A DNA stretch of 38,214 nucleotides from Fidelibacterota bacterium. Lineage in GTDB: Bacteria > Fidelibacterota > Marinisomatia > Marinisomatales > TCS56. Shown here piece by piece: positions 1 to 10,160 of this stretch. Below the pieces are notes generated by a model. The model had not been told where the DNA came from. It did not search any database and was given only the letters and a program-made list of their open reading frames with translations. A program made the position numbers and the translations under genes. The stretch lies in assembly GCA_043822705.1 (NCBI GenBank), contig JBDRBK010000098.1, positions 1-38,214 of the forward strand, given 5' to 3'. Numbering within the stretch: position 1 is the first letter of the stretch; each line of letters opens with the position of its first letter.

Positions 1-2
1 TG

Positions 3-68
3 AAAACATTGCCGGAGCGCGATCAGGATTACCAGGATCGGCTGTTGCTGGTTAAGGACCAGAAGTAG
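3..68 (+). CDS. 3' end of an upstream gene (partial, product unknown)
   Basis: Open frame KTLPERDQDYQDRLLLVKDQK ending in TAG at 66-68, with host-like codon usage; the 5' part lies outside the window. Confidence 0.45.
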   Translation, partial: KTLPERDQDYQDRLLLVKDQK

Positions 69-121
69 CCGGCTAAATTCATAGCTTTTACCGAATAAAA
101 TATCTGTGTAAGTTTTGGGAA

Positions 122-1846
122 ATGAGATTTCCCAAATTACCTTTCAACAGCGCCAGACTATGGTTTATTACCTTGGTTATCGCACTGTTTATTCTGCTGT
201 TTATATTTCCCAAACCCGAAGGCAACGTATTCCTGGCAGCTCGTATTATCGTTACGCTGGGAATAATCCTGATTCTGTTCTGGCCCGATGAGCGCACCGC
301 GACTGGCAGTACTGCGGCCGCGCTTCCCGGCAGCTCCGGTAGCGGTCGTTCGTTGTACGGGAACCATGAATATTCCCGCAGCCACCAGTACTATGAGCAA
401 CTGCTGCAGAATGTTTTTGAAATTATCCAGAGTCTGAATGAGGATTTTCACGCCGCTGTCTACATGATCGATCCCGCCAGCAGCGGTTACACTTTGCAGG
501 TCGCCAGCGGCGGATCATTTCTCGAGTATATTCCCATCGACAATGCTATTCTCAATACGCTGATTAAAAGTGATGAGGGAATGATTTTCCAGCAGAAGGA
601 TGTACAACCAGCCTGGTCGAACCTGATGGGAAATGGAGATTGGCGTGGCAGTGAATGCCTGATAGGAACCCGTATTATTTATCGGAACGTGACCGTCGGT
701 TGTCTGCTGATTCATACCAGTCATTTCAACCTGCTGGAACAAAATTCCCGTGATGTCATCACTGATCTGGGTGTGTTTATCTCCCAGGGAATCGACAGGA
801 TCGAACGAATCGAAGAGTTATCTGCCGACCGGGAGAACCATGCCAAAATCACCACTTTGATGGAAAAAATCGATATAGCGGATGAATATGCCACCGTTTT
901 TGAATCAATCAGAAATCTTTGTCGTTCTTTATTTTCCTATGATAAACTGACCATATCGATTGCCGCTACGAATACCAGTCTGGCCCGGATCATGCTAAGT
1001 GATGGATTTTCCGAGGATATTAGTGTCAAGAGCGATTTTGATATTGCTGATACTCTCCACGGCCGGCCGATTCGAACGGAACAACCGATCAATTCATCCT
1101 ATTGGGAAAAGGATTATCCGGATGAAGGTCGATTCGTCAAAGGTGATATCGAGCGCTTTAATTTTATGGCCGTGGTCGGTGTTCCCCTTAAAATCGGGAC
1201 GTCGGGCGTAGGTGCAATTGTGTTGGAACGATTGTCTTCACGGCAGTTTTCCGAATCGGATCTCTGGTTATTAAAAACTCTGTCCATTAATTTGGGCGCG
1301 GTTCTGCACTGGTCGGATAAGTATCGGGCGATGCACCAATCGGCAACTCACGACGGATTGACCGAATTGCTGAATCATAAATCCTTCCTGGACCGGTTTG
1401 AGGAAGAAATCAGCCGGTCATTACGGTTTCAACAGGACCTGGTTCTGTTGATGATGGATCTGGATAAATTCAAGCGCATCAACGATAATCACGGCCATTT
1501 ATATGGTGATTATGTATTACAGGAAGTATCCCACCAGTTGAAGCTCTGCATCCGTAATATTGACGTGATCGCCCGTTATGGCGGCGAGGAATTTGCCATT
1601 CTGCTGATTAATACCGACAAGCAAAAGGCTCAGGCCGTGGCCAACCGTATTGTCAATTCCATCGGTGGCTACAAATTCCGCCGGGACGGGGTCGAGGTTC
1701 GTATGACTATCAGTGTCGGATTGTCTCAGTTTCCAGCTGATGCCGATCGAATCAAGGACATGATCGCCAAAGCCGATGCTGCAATGTATCGTGTGAAAGC
1801 CCGCGGCGGTAACAGTTTCGCATCGCACGAACAGGCGAGCGGTTAA
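122..1846 (+). CDS. Membrane-anchored GAF-domain diguanylate cyclase (GGDEF)
   Basis: Two N-terminal hydrophobic helices and two GAF-like regions (e.g. VVGVPLKIG..GAIVLE..RQFSESD). C-terminal HDGLTELLN, DLDKFKRINDNHGHLYGD and RYGGEEF, plus an RxxD I-site (RNID). Confidence 0.92.
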   Translation: MRFPKLPFNSARLWFITLVIALFILLFIFPKPEGNVFLAARIIVTLGIILILFWPDERTATGSTAAALPGSSGSGRSLYGNHEYSRSHQYYEQLLQNVFEIIQSLNEDFHAAVYMIDPASSGYTLQVASGGSFLEYIPIDNAILNTLIKSDEGMIFQQKDVQPAWSNLMGNGDWRGSECLIGTRIIYRNVTVGCLLIHTSHFNLLEQNSRDVITDLGVFISQGIDRIERIEELSADRENHAKITTLMEKIDIADEYATVFESIRNLCRSLFSYDKLTISIAATNTSLARIMLSDGFSEDISVKSDFDIADTLHGRPIRTEQPINSSYWEKDYPDEGRFVKGDIERFNFMAVVGVPLKIGTSGVGAIVLERLSSRQFSESDLWLLKTLSINLGAVLHWSDKYRAMHQSATHDGLTELLNHKSFLDRFEEEISRSLRFQQDLVLLMMDLDKFKRINDNHGHLYGDYVLQEVSHQLKLCIRNIDVIARYGGEEFAILLINTDKQKAQAVANRIVNSIGGYKFRRDGVEVRMTISVGLSQFPADADRIKDMIAKADAAMYRVKARGGNSFASHEQASG

Positions 1847-1902
1847 ATACGAATTTTCCCCAGCTACCCGGGAACTCTTACTGAGTGATGAATTAGAAGT
1901 TA

Positions 1903-1931
1903 TTGAAATAATACTGGAAAAGCGGTACAAT
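1903..1931 (+). promoter_or_regulatory. Sigma70-type promoter upstream of the TPR lipoprotein gene
   Basis: TTGAAA (1903-1908), 17-bp spacer, TACAAT (1926-1931). Confidence 0.65.
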
Positions 1932-1944
1932 AGTAAAGACGAAG

Positions 1945-3561
1945 ATGAAAATATTCACTCACAAAAAGCAATTTCTCGCCATCCTGACGTTTAGTGCATC
2001 GGCGATATTGCTCTCCTGCAGCACCCGGCCGCCAATTCAAGTTCAGGCTGAACAATCCGGCGCTGTCGCCAACGAAAGGGTAGATGTGGATCCGGAGGCG
2101 TTACAGCATTTCATGGACGGCCAATTGCTGATGAGCCAGGGCGATTACGCGCTGGCGATTCTGGAATTCCAGGATGCGTTGAGCGCCGACTCGAGTGTCG
2201 CTTCAATCCATATGGCGCTGGCGGAATCATACTGGCACTTGGGTAAAGTTGAGCGATCGGAAGCTCACCTGAAAGAAGCCTTACGCCTCGATCCGGAGGA
2301 TTCCCAAGCTTCGGAAATGCTGGCGCACCAATATATTCTGCGGAAAATGTATGATCCGGCCGTCGATATTTACCGGAAGCTGTGGACCAGTCAGCCGAAT
2401 AATACCGATTATGGTTATGCATTGGCCAATCTGGCGAAAATCAGCAACGATCTGGAGCAGGCTCTGGCAATCTACCTGAAGATTCATGAACAGTTACCCG
2501 GCAGCAGCGTACCGCTGGAAAATGCTGCCCAGATTGCCCTGGCCAGGCAGAATCTGAAGCTTTCCCAGGAATTGTTCACAAAATTGACGGAACTGGAGCC
2601 GGACAATACCAAGTACCTGCGGACGCTCAGCGATCTAGCAATTCTGAACGGTGATTTTGAAACCGGGTTGAATTATCTGAAACAGTTGATCGATCTGGAA
2701 GACGGCGATATTGACTTGCAGATTCGTCTCGGAACCCTGTACTACGAGAATGATCAGGTCGACAAAGCACTGGAATATTTCATGGATTTGTACCGGGAAG
2801 GCAATAAGACACCGGGATTATTGTACTTTTTATCTTCCTTGTCCGCTGAAACCGGTGCACTGGACCAGGCCTGGTTTTTTGCCGAAGAATCGATCCGGTC
2901 ATTCCCCGATGAACCGCGTGGCTACAGTAATCTGGCGTTACTGGCACTACAACAAAACCTGCCCGATAGCGCCATCGCCATCTTGAAAAACGCTGACCGC
3001 TTTGTCCCAGGTGATTTTACAATCAATTTTCTGCTGGGTAACAGTTATTATCAGGTCAAGGATGACGACAACGCTCAATATTTTCTGGAACAGTCGCTGG
3101 GTATCTTTCCCGAGTCGCGGCACGCCCGCCAGACCCTGGCCCTGATTTATGACCGAACCGAACAATGGATCCAATCAGATTCGTTGTACGAAATTCTGGT
3201 TCAGAATGAACCGGATGACGCCCAGGCGCTGAATAATTATGCCTACAGCCTGGTTGAACGGAATCTGCACCTGGAGCATGCTCGGGAAATGGCTGAAAAG
3301 GCGATTCAAATCGAACCGGAAAATGCCGCCTATCTGGATACCGCCGGCTGGATTTATTTTAAGCTTGGCGATTATAAAAAGGCTTTAAGTCTGCTGCAAT
3401 CGGCCGTTGAGCTGGACGATAGTAATCCGGTAATTCTGGAACATCTGGGAGATGTTCTGATTCTGAAAAAGCAATTCACGAAAGCGCGCAGCATCTATCA
3501 GCAGGCAGTGGAACTGGAACCGGATAATGAACGCCTTCGGTCAAAAGCGCAGCCGGATTAA
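1945..3561 (+). CDS. Tetratricopeptide-repeat lipoprotein
   Basis: Signal peptide with lipobox LLSC; many TPR motifs, including ALNNYAY and YLDTAGWIYFKLG..A..LL..A..L.....ILEHLGD. Confidence 0.9.
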   Translation: MKIFTHKKQFLAILTFSASAILLSCSTRPPIQVQAEQSGAVANERVDVDPEALQHFMDGQLLMSQGDYALAILEFQDALSADSSVASIHMALAESYWHLGKVERSEAHLKEALRLDPEDSQASEMLAHQYILRKMYDPAVDIYRKLWTSQPNNTDYGYALANLAKISNDLEQALAIYLKIHEQLPGSSVPLENAAQIALARQNLKLSQELFTKLTELEPDNTKYLRTLSDLAILNGDFETGLNYLKQLIDLEDGDIDLQIRLGTLYYENDQVDKALEYFMDLYREGNKTPGLLYFLSSLSAETGALDQAWFFAEESIRSFPDEPRGYSNLALLALQQNLPDSAIAILKNADRFVPGDFTINFLLGNSYYQVKDDDNAQYFLEQSLGIFPESRHARQTLALIYDRTEQWIQSDSLYEILVQNEPDDAQALNNYAYSLVERNLHLEHAREMAEKAIQIEPENAAYLDTAGWIYFKLGDYKKALSLLQSAVELDDSNPVILEHLGDVLILKKQFTKARSIYQQAVELEPDNERLRSKAQPD

Positions 3562-4198
3562 TTTTCCGTTACTGCTGATCGCTCTGTTTTCCGTCTATTG
3601 GTTTGGTGGCTGCCAGGCTGGTTCGGAACTGCTCACCAATGAAATTGATAAGCCACCTGATTTGTCGGCATTGATCAGAGAGTACAAATTTTGTTCCGGT
3701 CGCGGCAGCCTGTTGTACACGGGTGACAGCAGCAACCGATTGTCGTTCAGTTTTTCCTGCCGGTCGGATACAGCATATATCCAGTTTTCGGATTTAATCG
3801 GCCGCCGAACATTGTATCTTCGGATCGAACAGGATTCAGTGGCCGGCTGGGATATGCTGAATAACCGGCTGTATGATGCCGGAATCATAACCGGATTGTT
3901 TCCGGCCGCCAAGCCAATTACCGCTCATTTGCTGATCGGATTACTCTGGGGATCCGCCGCCAGCGACCAGAATATCACCATTGACACGGCCGCTCAAATT
4001 TCCGGTTCCGCTCCAAACATCGATTTTACTTATAGTCAAACCGATGTAGGTTTAGCCATTGAAAAAGCCGTTTTCAAGACGGAAAGTGGAAATCAAAAAA
4101 TCGAGTTGAAATTCTCACAGCGCCAGTGGGGTAACAATAATCCGGCGGTCATCATCAAGATCCCCGATTCCGTTCCACCGGCACAAATCAATTATTGA
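3527..4198 (+). CDS. Hypothetical lipoprotein, LolB/DUF4292-like
   Basis: Hydrophobic signal ending FGGC; beta-rich body (DTAYIQFSDLIGRRTLYL); overlaps the end of the TPR gene. Confidence 0.6.
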   Translation: MNAFGQKRSRINFPLLLIALFSVYWFGGCQAGSELLTNEIDKPPDLSALIREYKFCSGRGSLLYTGDSSNRLSFSFSCRSDTAYIQFSDLIGRRTLYLRIEQDSVAGWDMLNNRLYDAGIITGLFPAAKPITAHLLIGLLWGSAASDQNITIDTAAQISGSAPNIDFTYSQTDVGLAIEKAVFKTESGNQKIELKFSQRQWGNNNPAVIIKIPDSVPPAQINY

Positions 4199-4201
4199 AA
4201 T

Positions 4202-5128
4202 ATGAGCTCAATATCTGTCGTTATACCGGTATTCAATGAAATCGAATCATTGCCGGAATTAATCAGTCAGTTGCGATCAGCCCTGAAGCATTATTCCACA
4301 GCCGAGCTGATATTCATCGATGACGGCTGCACCGACGGCTCGTTCGAATATTTGCAGGAGCGGGCTGCCGAAGATAAAAATATCTGCCTGATCCAGTTTC
4401 ACCGCAACTATGGGAAATCGGCGGCGCTGGCCGAAGGTTTCAAACTGGCGTCTGGTGATTTTATCGTCACCATGGATGCCGACCTGCAGGATGATCCCGC
4501 AGAAATTGTCAATCTGCAACGGAAGATCGATGCCGGTTTCGACCTAGTATCGGGCTGGAAAAAGCAGCGCAACGACCCCTTTACCAAGACGTTTCCGTCC
4601 AAAGTCTGGAATTTCCTGACCCGGCTGATGACGGGGGTGAAAATCCATGATTTCAACTGCGGACTTAAGATGTACCGCAAAGCAGTGATTAAATCGATCG
4701 ATATCTATGGTGGCCGGCACCGCTATATCCCGGCCCTGGCCGGACAGAAGAAGTTTCGTGTCAGCGAGATCGTGGTCAATCATCGGCCGCGAATTCACGG
4801 TACCACCAAGTACGGCGGCGCCCGTTTTTTCCATGGAATATTCGACCTGATCACGATCATGTTTCTATCGCGCTACACCCAGCAGCCCTTGCATTTATTC
4901 GGATCAATCGGTTTTCTGAGTACGACGGTCGGGTTTATCGCCGAATTTTATGTTTTATATTTGAAGTACATAGTCGGCAATCCGTTTAAACAGCATATGG
5001 CATTAATAATACTGGGTGTCATGCTGATAGTGATTGGAATTCAATTCATTTCCCTTGGTCTTCTGGGTGAAATGATTGCCCATTCTACTCAGGGTCAGGA
5101 AGATCGGGTAAAATGTATTATTTCCTGA
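4202..5128 (+). CDS. GT2 glycosyltransferase, ArnC/polyprenol-phosphate sugar transferase-like
   Basis: ISVVIPVFNE, IDDGCTDGS, RNYGKSAAL, MDADLQDDP, HDFNCGLK; two C-terminal TM helices. Confidence 0.92.
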   Translation: MSSISVVIPVFNEIESLPELISQLRSALKHYSTAELIFIDDGCTDGSFEYLQERAAEDKNICLIQFHRNYGKSAALAEGFKLASGDFIVTMDADLQDDPAEIVNLQRKIDAGFDLVSGWKKQRNDPFTKTFPSKVWNFLTRLMTGVKIHDFNCGLKMYRKAVIKSIDIYGGRHRYIPALAGQKKFRVSEIVVNHRPRIHGTTKYGGARFFHGIFDLITIMFLSRYTQQPLHLFGSIGFLSTTVGFIAEFYVLYLKYIVGNPFKQHMALIILGVMLIVIGIQFISLGLLGEMIAHSTQGQEDRVKCIIS

Positions 5129-5191
5129 TAATTCAAATTTGCTGTGCATAAATCTTAAAACCGTTATGGCAGAATAACTTAAGTTTCATAC

Positions 5192-5938
5192 GTGTCGGAA
5201 AAACACTATCAAGAACAATTACTGCATACCAGGAATTATTTAATTCCCTATTTGCATAACGTTTTGGGTATTGACCTGTCTGGCATGACAATATTAGAAA
5301 TCGGATGTGCTGAAGGTGGTGCACTGAAAGTCTTGCGGGAGATTGGTGCGGATGTGTGGGGACTGGAACTTGAGCAACTTCGAGTCCAGATTGCCCGGAA
5401 TATCAATCCTGATTTGAATATTATTATTGGTGATATCACTGCCAGTGATATTGTGCATAGGATTGGAAAAAAATTTGATTTAATTATTATCAGAGATGTA
5501 ATTGAACATATTCCCGATAAAATTGCAGCTTTCAACAATATGGCGGACTTACTGATATCTGGAGGTTTTCTATATATAACATTTCCCCCAAGATTTTCAC
5601 CATTCGCTGGTCATCAGCAGCACGCTGTGAGTAAAATTGGTAAAATGCCTTATATTCACTTATTGCCGGCGGCGTTTTTCAGTAGGTTATGTCGGATAGT
5701 GGGGGAATCCGAAGGGTTTATTGAACAGGTACTGGTTAATTACAGTATCGGATTGAGTATAAATTATTTCCTAAAAATTTTCCGAAATACCGGATTTGAA
5801 TCCGTTGTTTTGCAGAATTTTCTTATTCGCCCAATATTTAAAACCAGATTTGGTTTGAATCCTAAGAAATTTCCGAATATTCCGGTATTAAGGGAATTAT
5901 TTTCACTCGGTTGCGAATCTATTCTAATAAAGAAATAG
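5192..5938 (+). CDS. Class I SAM-dependent methyltransferase
   Basis: ILEIGCAEGG (motif I) and FDLIIIRDVIEHI; GTG start; AT-rich. Confidence 0.85.
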   Translation: MSEKHYQEQLLHTRNYLIPYLHNVLGIDLSGMTILEIGCAEGGALKVLREIGADVWGLELEQLRVQIARNINPDLNIIIGDITASDIVHRIGKKFDLIIIRDVIEHIPDKIAAFNNMADLLISGGFLYITFPPRFSPFAGHQQHAVSKIGKMPYIHLLPAAFFSRLCRIVGESEGFIEQVLVNYSIGLSINYFLKIFRNTGFESVVLQNFLIRPIFKTRFGLNPKKFPNIPVLRELFSLGCESILIKK

Positions 5939-5940
5939 TA

Positions 5941-6966
5941 ATGCCGAATATCAAAATTAGTCTGATAACACCGACATTCAATCGGAAAGATGAGCTTGAT
6001 TACCTCATTCAATCCTTAGCAAGACAGACTATAGACCATCAAATTTTTGAATTGATTATATCTGACGATGGCTCCACCGACGGGACCGAGCAGTATATTC
6101 TCGAACAGGCCGCTCAGGTCGATTTCCGCCTGGTTTTCATCAAACAGGCCAATCAGGGGCCAGGTGCTGCACGTAATCACGGAATGGAAAATGCATCCGG
6201 CGAACTATTTCTGTTTATCGATTCGGATTGTGAAGCCGCCCCTGACTGGATCGAGACAATTTGGAGATATTATACTACCGAACAGTTTGACGCCTGCGGT
6301 GGCCCTGACGGTGCCAAGGCTGACTTTTCGGCCCTACAGAAAGCGATTGATTATTCCATGACCTCATTTTTCACCACTGGCGGCATGCGCGGTCATAGTG
6401 AAAAAATGCTGGCGAAATTTTATCCCCGCTCCCACAATATGGGCATGACCTACCGCTTGTACGAGCAAGTGGGTGGGTTCGGATCGCTACGGCATGGGCA
6501 GGACATCGAACTCAGCCATCGGATTCACAGCGTTGGCGCGGTAGTCCGCTTTATTCCCGACGCGATCGTCTATCACCGCCGTCGGACCAGCCTTTTGCGT
6601 TTCTTCAAACAGGTATTTAACTGGGGTGTGGCCCGGGTCAATCTCGGCAAAATCAGTTCACAGATGCTGGAACCGATTCATTTTCTGCCAGCGATTGCCG
6701 TTTGTCTGCTGACGGCGGTACTGATCGGCACCTGCTTTCGACCCGGATTATTTCTACCGCTGATCGGTGTCGGACTGGCCGGTCTCGGACTGCTGGCTTT
6801 GGCGGCCGGGATCAAGCAGCATAGCCTGACTGTTGCTGCCTACGCTCTGTTGACCATTCCGATCCAGATTATCGGTTACGGTGCCGGTTTTATTGTTGCC
6901 TTCGTCCACCGCAATCTGCTGGGAGCCGGCACCTGGACCGGTTTCACCAAACGTTATTATAATTAG
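5941..6966 (+). CDS. GT2 family glycosyltransferase with C-terminal membrane segments
   Basis: ATG at 5941; ISLITPTFNR, SDDGSTDGT, NQGPGAARN, FIDSDC, GQDIELS. Confidence 0.9.
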   Translation: MPNIKISLITPTFNRKDELDYLIQSLARQTIDHQIFELIISDDGSTDGTEQYILEQAAQVDFRLVFIKQANQGPGAARNHGMENASGELFLFIDSDCEAAPDWIETIWRYYTTEQFDACGGPDGAKADFSALQKAIDYSMTSFFTTGGMRGHSEKMLAKFYPRSHNMGMTYRLYEQVGGFGSLRHGQDIELSHRIHSVGAVVRFIPDAIVYHRRRTSLLRFFKQVFNWGVARVNLGKISSQMLEPIHFLPAIAVCLLTAVLIGTCFRPGLFLPLIGVGLAGLGLLALAAGIKQHSLTVAAYALLTIPIQIIGYGAGFIVAFVHRNLLGAGTWTGFTKRYYN

Positions 6967-6968
6967 AC

Positions 6969-8900
6969 ATGTGTGGGATCAGTGGAATCGTTTCCGGGGG
7001 TGATCAGCAAGCCAACATCAGCGCCATGTGCCGGGCGCTGGAACACCGTGGTCCGGAAAATTCTACCTTCTACCACAGCGGCAATTTCTGGCTCGGTCAT
7101 AACCGGCTGCGGATCATCGATATCGAAACTGGCGATCAACCGATTTTTAACGAGGATCATTCGCTGGCGATTGTCTTCAACGGCGAAATCTACAATTACC
7201 AAAGTCTGCGTGAAGATCTGATAAAACGCGGGCACACTTTCTATACCAGCTCCGATACCGAGGTGTTGGTACATCTGTACGAAGATTACGGTGAGAAAAT
7301 GTTCGCCCGGCTGAATGGAATTTTCGCTTTCGCCCTGCTGGATGCCCGATCACAAAAGCTAATTCTGGGACGCGATCATTTCGGCGTTAAACCAATGCAT
7401 TATTTTTATGACGGACAGCATTTCATTTTCGGCTCGGAAATAAAGGCCATCCTGAATCACTCGGCAGTTCCGCGGCGGCTGAACCGACAGTCGCTACACC
7501 TGCAGGTCAACCTGCGTTACACGCAATCCGAAAACACGTTATTTGACGGTGTTCGACGTCTGCCACCGGGCAGTTACCTGACCTACCAGGGAGGCGTAAT
7601 CAAACTGGAACGGTATTATCAATTGCAGCCCGGTACCGTCCGGATCAGCACCGGCGACGCCATCGATGGAATTCACCACTATCTTCGGCAGGCGGTCCGG
7701 CGTCAACTGGTCAGTGACGTCCCGATCGGTGTCTATTTATCGGGTGGCCTGGATTCCAGCAGTATCGTCGCGATGATGGCGGAAATCGGTGTCACCGACA
7801 TACGGACATTCACGCTGGGATTCAATGAACCGACTGACGAATTTTCCGATTCCCAGTTGATTGCCGACCAATTCGCAACTACACACCAGACGCTCAGTCT
7901 GAACCTGGAACCGCTGCGAACCCTGCCCCAAGTGATCTGGCATGCCGAGGAACCAAAGATTAATCTGCTACAGGGATTCGCTCTGTCCGATTTTGTTTCA
8001 CAGCATGTTAAAGTCGTGCTGGGTGGTCTGGGCGGCGATGAATTATTTGCTGGGTACGACGTCCACCGGTTGCTGGCGCCGTTTGATCTGCCTGAGCGGC
8101 TGGTTCCTGCTAGCCTGGAACGGTATATCGGCCGCCTGCTGAGCCGAATCGTCTATGGGTTACAGCAGGGCAGCGGAACCCTGAAATACGATGAAATCCG
8201 ACGTGGCCTGCAGGTCGCTCTGGCCAGCGGTAACGTTTTGAAACAATTACTTATTCTCCGCAATGTCTGGGATTATGACCGACCACAGGCCAGGAAAATT
8301 TATTCGCAGGATTTTCTGGAATGTGGTTTTGACTGCTGTGAGTCTGAATTCCGCCCGTATTTTCCCGAATCCGGGAAATTGGCGACCCTGGATAAAATTC
8401 TGTTCACTGAATTCCACACCAAAATGGTCAACGATTACCTGCTGGTCGAGGATCGAATGTCGATGGCTCACTCGATTGAGGAACGGGTCCCGTTTCTGGA
8501 CCGGGAATTGGTGGAATTCGCTTTCTCGATTCCAAGCCAACTGAAACTGCGGCGTCGGGAAACCAAGGCATTATTCCGCCAGGCGATGGCTCCCTATCTG
8601 CCGGAAAAAATCATTCACAAGAAGAAATGGGGTTTTGCCGTCAATCCTTATTTGCAGTACCAGAAGGACCTGAAGCAGGTTGCCGAACGGATACTAACAC
8701 GATCGTTTATTGAGGAGCAGGGGATTTTTAATTATTCCTATATCCGCCAAATCCTGGACTATCCGCCGCATCCCAACCTGCGCTGGCATTATAATTTCTT
8801 GTGGATTCTGTTGGGACAAGCGATCTGGGAAAAAATGTATATTGGCAGCGATTTGTTTCGTGAAAATAACCAGCCGGATATCGAGGCGTTTTATAATTGA
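6969..8900 (+). CDS. asnB: Asparagine synthase (glutamine-hydrolysing) family amidotransferase, probably glycan-modifying
   Basis: N-terminal MCGI (Ntn Cys), HRGP, FNGEIYN, RDHFGVKP, LSGGLDSS, GGDELF, DRMSMAHSIEERVPFLD. Confidence 0.9.
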   Translation: MCGISGIVSGGDQQANISAMCRALEHRGPENSTFYHSGNFWLGHNRLRIIDIETGDQPIFNEDHSLAIVFNGEIYNYQSLREDLIKRGHTFYTSSDTEVLVHLYEDYGEKMFARLNGIFAFALLDARSQKLILGRDHFGVKPMHYFYDGQHFIFGSEIKAILNHSAVPRRLNRQSLHLQVNLRYTQSENTLFDGVRRLPPGSYLTYQGGVIKLERYYQLQPGTVRISTGDAIDGIHHYLRQAVRRQLVSDVPIGVYLSGGLDSSSIVAMMAEIGVTDIRTFTLGFNEPTDEFSDSQLIADQFATTHQTLSLNLEPLRTLPQVIWHAEEPKINLLQGFALSDFVSQHVKVVLGGLGGDELFAGYDVHRLLAPFDLPERLVPASLERYIGRLLSRIVYGLQQGSGTLKYDEIRRGLQVALASGNVLKQLLILRNVWDYDRPQARKIYSQDFLECGFDCCESEFRPYFPESGKLATLDKILFTEFHTKMVNDYLLVEDRMSMAHSIEERVPFLDRELVEFAFSIPSQLKLRRRETKALFRQAMAPYLPEKIIHKKKWGFAVNPYLQYQKDLKQVAERILTRSFIEEQGIFNYSYIRQILDYPPHPNLRWHYNFLWILLGQAIWEKMYIGSDLFRENNQPDIEAFYN

Positions 8901-10159
8901 AGAAGGTACTGGTAATATCATACTATTGGCCGCCCAGTGGCGGACCCGGCGTCCAGCGAATGCTTAAATTCGTCAAATATTTGCCTGAATTCGGTTGGGA
9001 AGCTATAGTGCTGACTGTACGTAATGGTGAATATCCCAATCTGGATTTCAGTTTGTTGGAAGAAGCGAAAAAAACCAAGGTTAAAGTCCTGAAGACCGGG
9101 GCGTTGGAGCCGTTTAGACTGTTTAAGTTGTTCAGTGGTCAGAAATCATTACCGACTTTTCAGCTTAACCAGACCGATTCCGCTGGATTATTAAATCGGA
9201 TTTCTCGGTGGATCAGAATGAATTTGTTCATACCGGATGGACGAGTCGGCTGGGTTCCATTTGCGATTATTAAGGGTTGGAAGTATCTACGTAATAATCC
9301 TGTTGATATCATCTTTACCAGCGGCCCACCGCATTCAACTCATCTGATCGGGCGCTATCTAAAATGGAAGTTCAAATTGCCCTGGGTCGCCGATTTTCGT
9401 GATCCTTGGATCGACCTGTTCTATTACAAGGATCAGATTCGGACGGTATTTGCCAGGAAATTTGATAAAAAACTGCAATTTGCCGTACTTAACAACGCCG
9501 ATCGAATAGTAACCGTTAGCCCCGGATTCCGGGAATTGCTTGGCCAGTATACAGACCAAACAAAAATACAGGTCATCTATAATGGATATGATGAGGATGA
9601 CTTTGGCAAGATTGGTTGCACGAAAGTAAACGATTATCTGAATATCTGTCATATTGGAACTCTATCACGACATCAGAATCCGATGGCGTTATTCGAAGCA
9701 GTCAGGCAAATGACGACTAAGAACAAACCTGCGATCCGACTACATTTTTTCGGTACGATCCACGATAGCGTAAAATATAGCCTGGCTGATAATAATCTGA
9801 CCGAAATCGTCCATTTCCATGGATATGTATCGCACACACAAATCATTGAACAAATCGATACTTTTCAATTACTGTTTCTGGTGATTCCCGTCACGAAATC
9901 AAACCGTGGGATCATACCGGGAAAAATATTTGAATATATCCGGTCTCGAGTCCCGATATTGCTGATTGGGCCGGCAGAATCGGATACCGCAAAGATAATA
10001 CAAATGACCAATTCCGGCTATGTTCATGATTTCAATGATGTCAACGGAATCAAAAATCGTCTCTCCAGCAATTTATCGACTATGCCCAATAATTACATGC
10101 AGTACGAACGTCGGAATCTTGCTACCAAGCTGGCGGATGTCTTCAATGGGATTCGGTGA
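8897..10159 (+). CDS. GT4 (GT-B) glycosyltransferase
   Basis: TTG start overlapping the asnB stop; KKVLVISYYWPPSGGPGVQR, TSGPPHS, WVADFRDPW, IYNGYD, PGKIFEY. Confidence 0.9.
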   Translation: MKKVLVISYYWPPSGGPGVQRMLKFVKYLPEFGWEAIVLTVRNGEYPNLDFSLLEEAKKTKVKVLKTGALEPFRLFKLFSGQKSLPTFQLNQTDSAGLLNRISRWIRMNLFIPDGRVGWVPFAIIKGWKYLRNNPVDIIFTSGPPHSTHLIGRYLKWKFKLPWVADFRDPWIDLFYYKDQIRTVFARKFDKKLQFAVLNNADRIVTVSPGFRELLGQYTDQTKIQVIYNGYDEDDFGKIGCTKVNDYLNICHIGTLSRHQNPMALFEAVRQMTTKNKPAIRLHFFGTIHDSVKYSLADNNLTEIVHFHGYVSHTQIIEQIDTFQLLFLVIPVTKSNRGIIPGKIFEYIRSRVPILLIGPAESDTAKIIQMTNSGYVHDFNDVNGIKNRLSSNLSTMPNNYMQYERRNLATKLADVFNGIR

Positions 10160-10160
10160 T

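Noticed and set aside
10020..10160. Upstream extension of the C5-epimerase ORF
   Set aside because: It overlaps the GT4 gene; ATG 10161 immediately after the GT4 stop is more plausible
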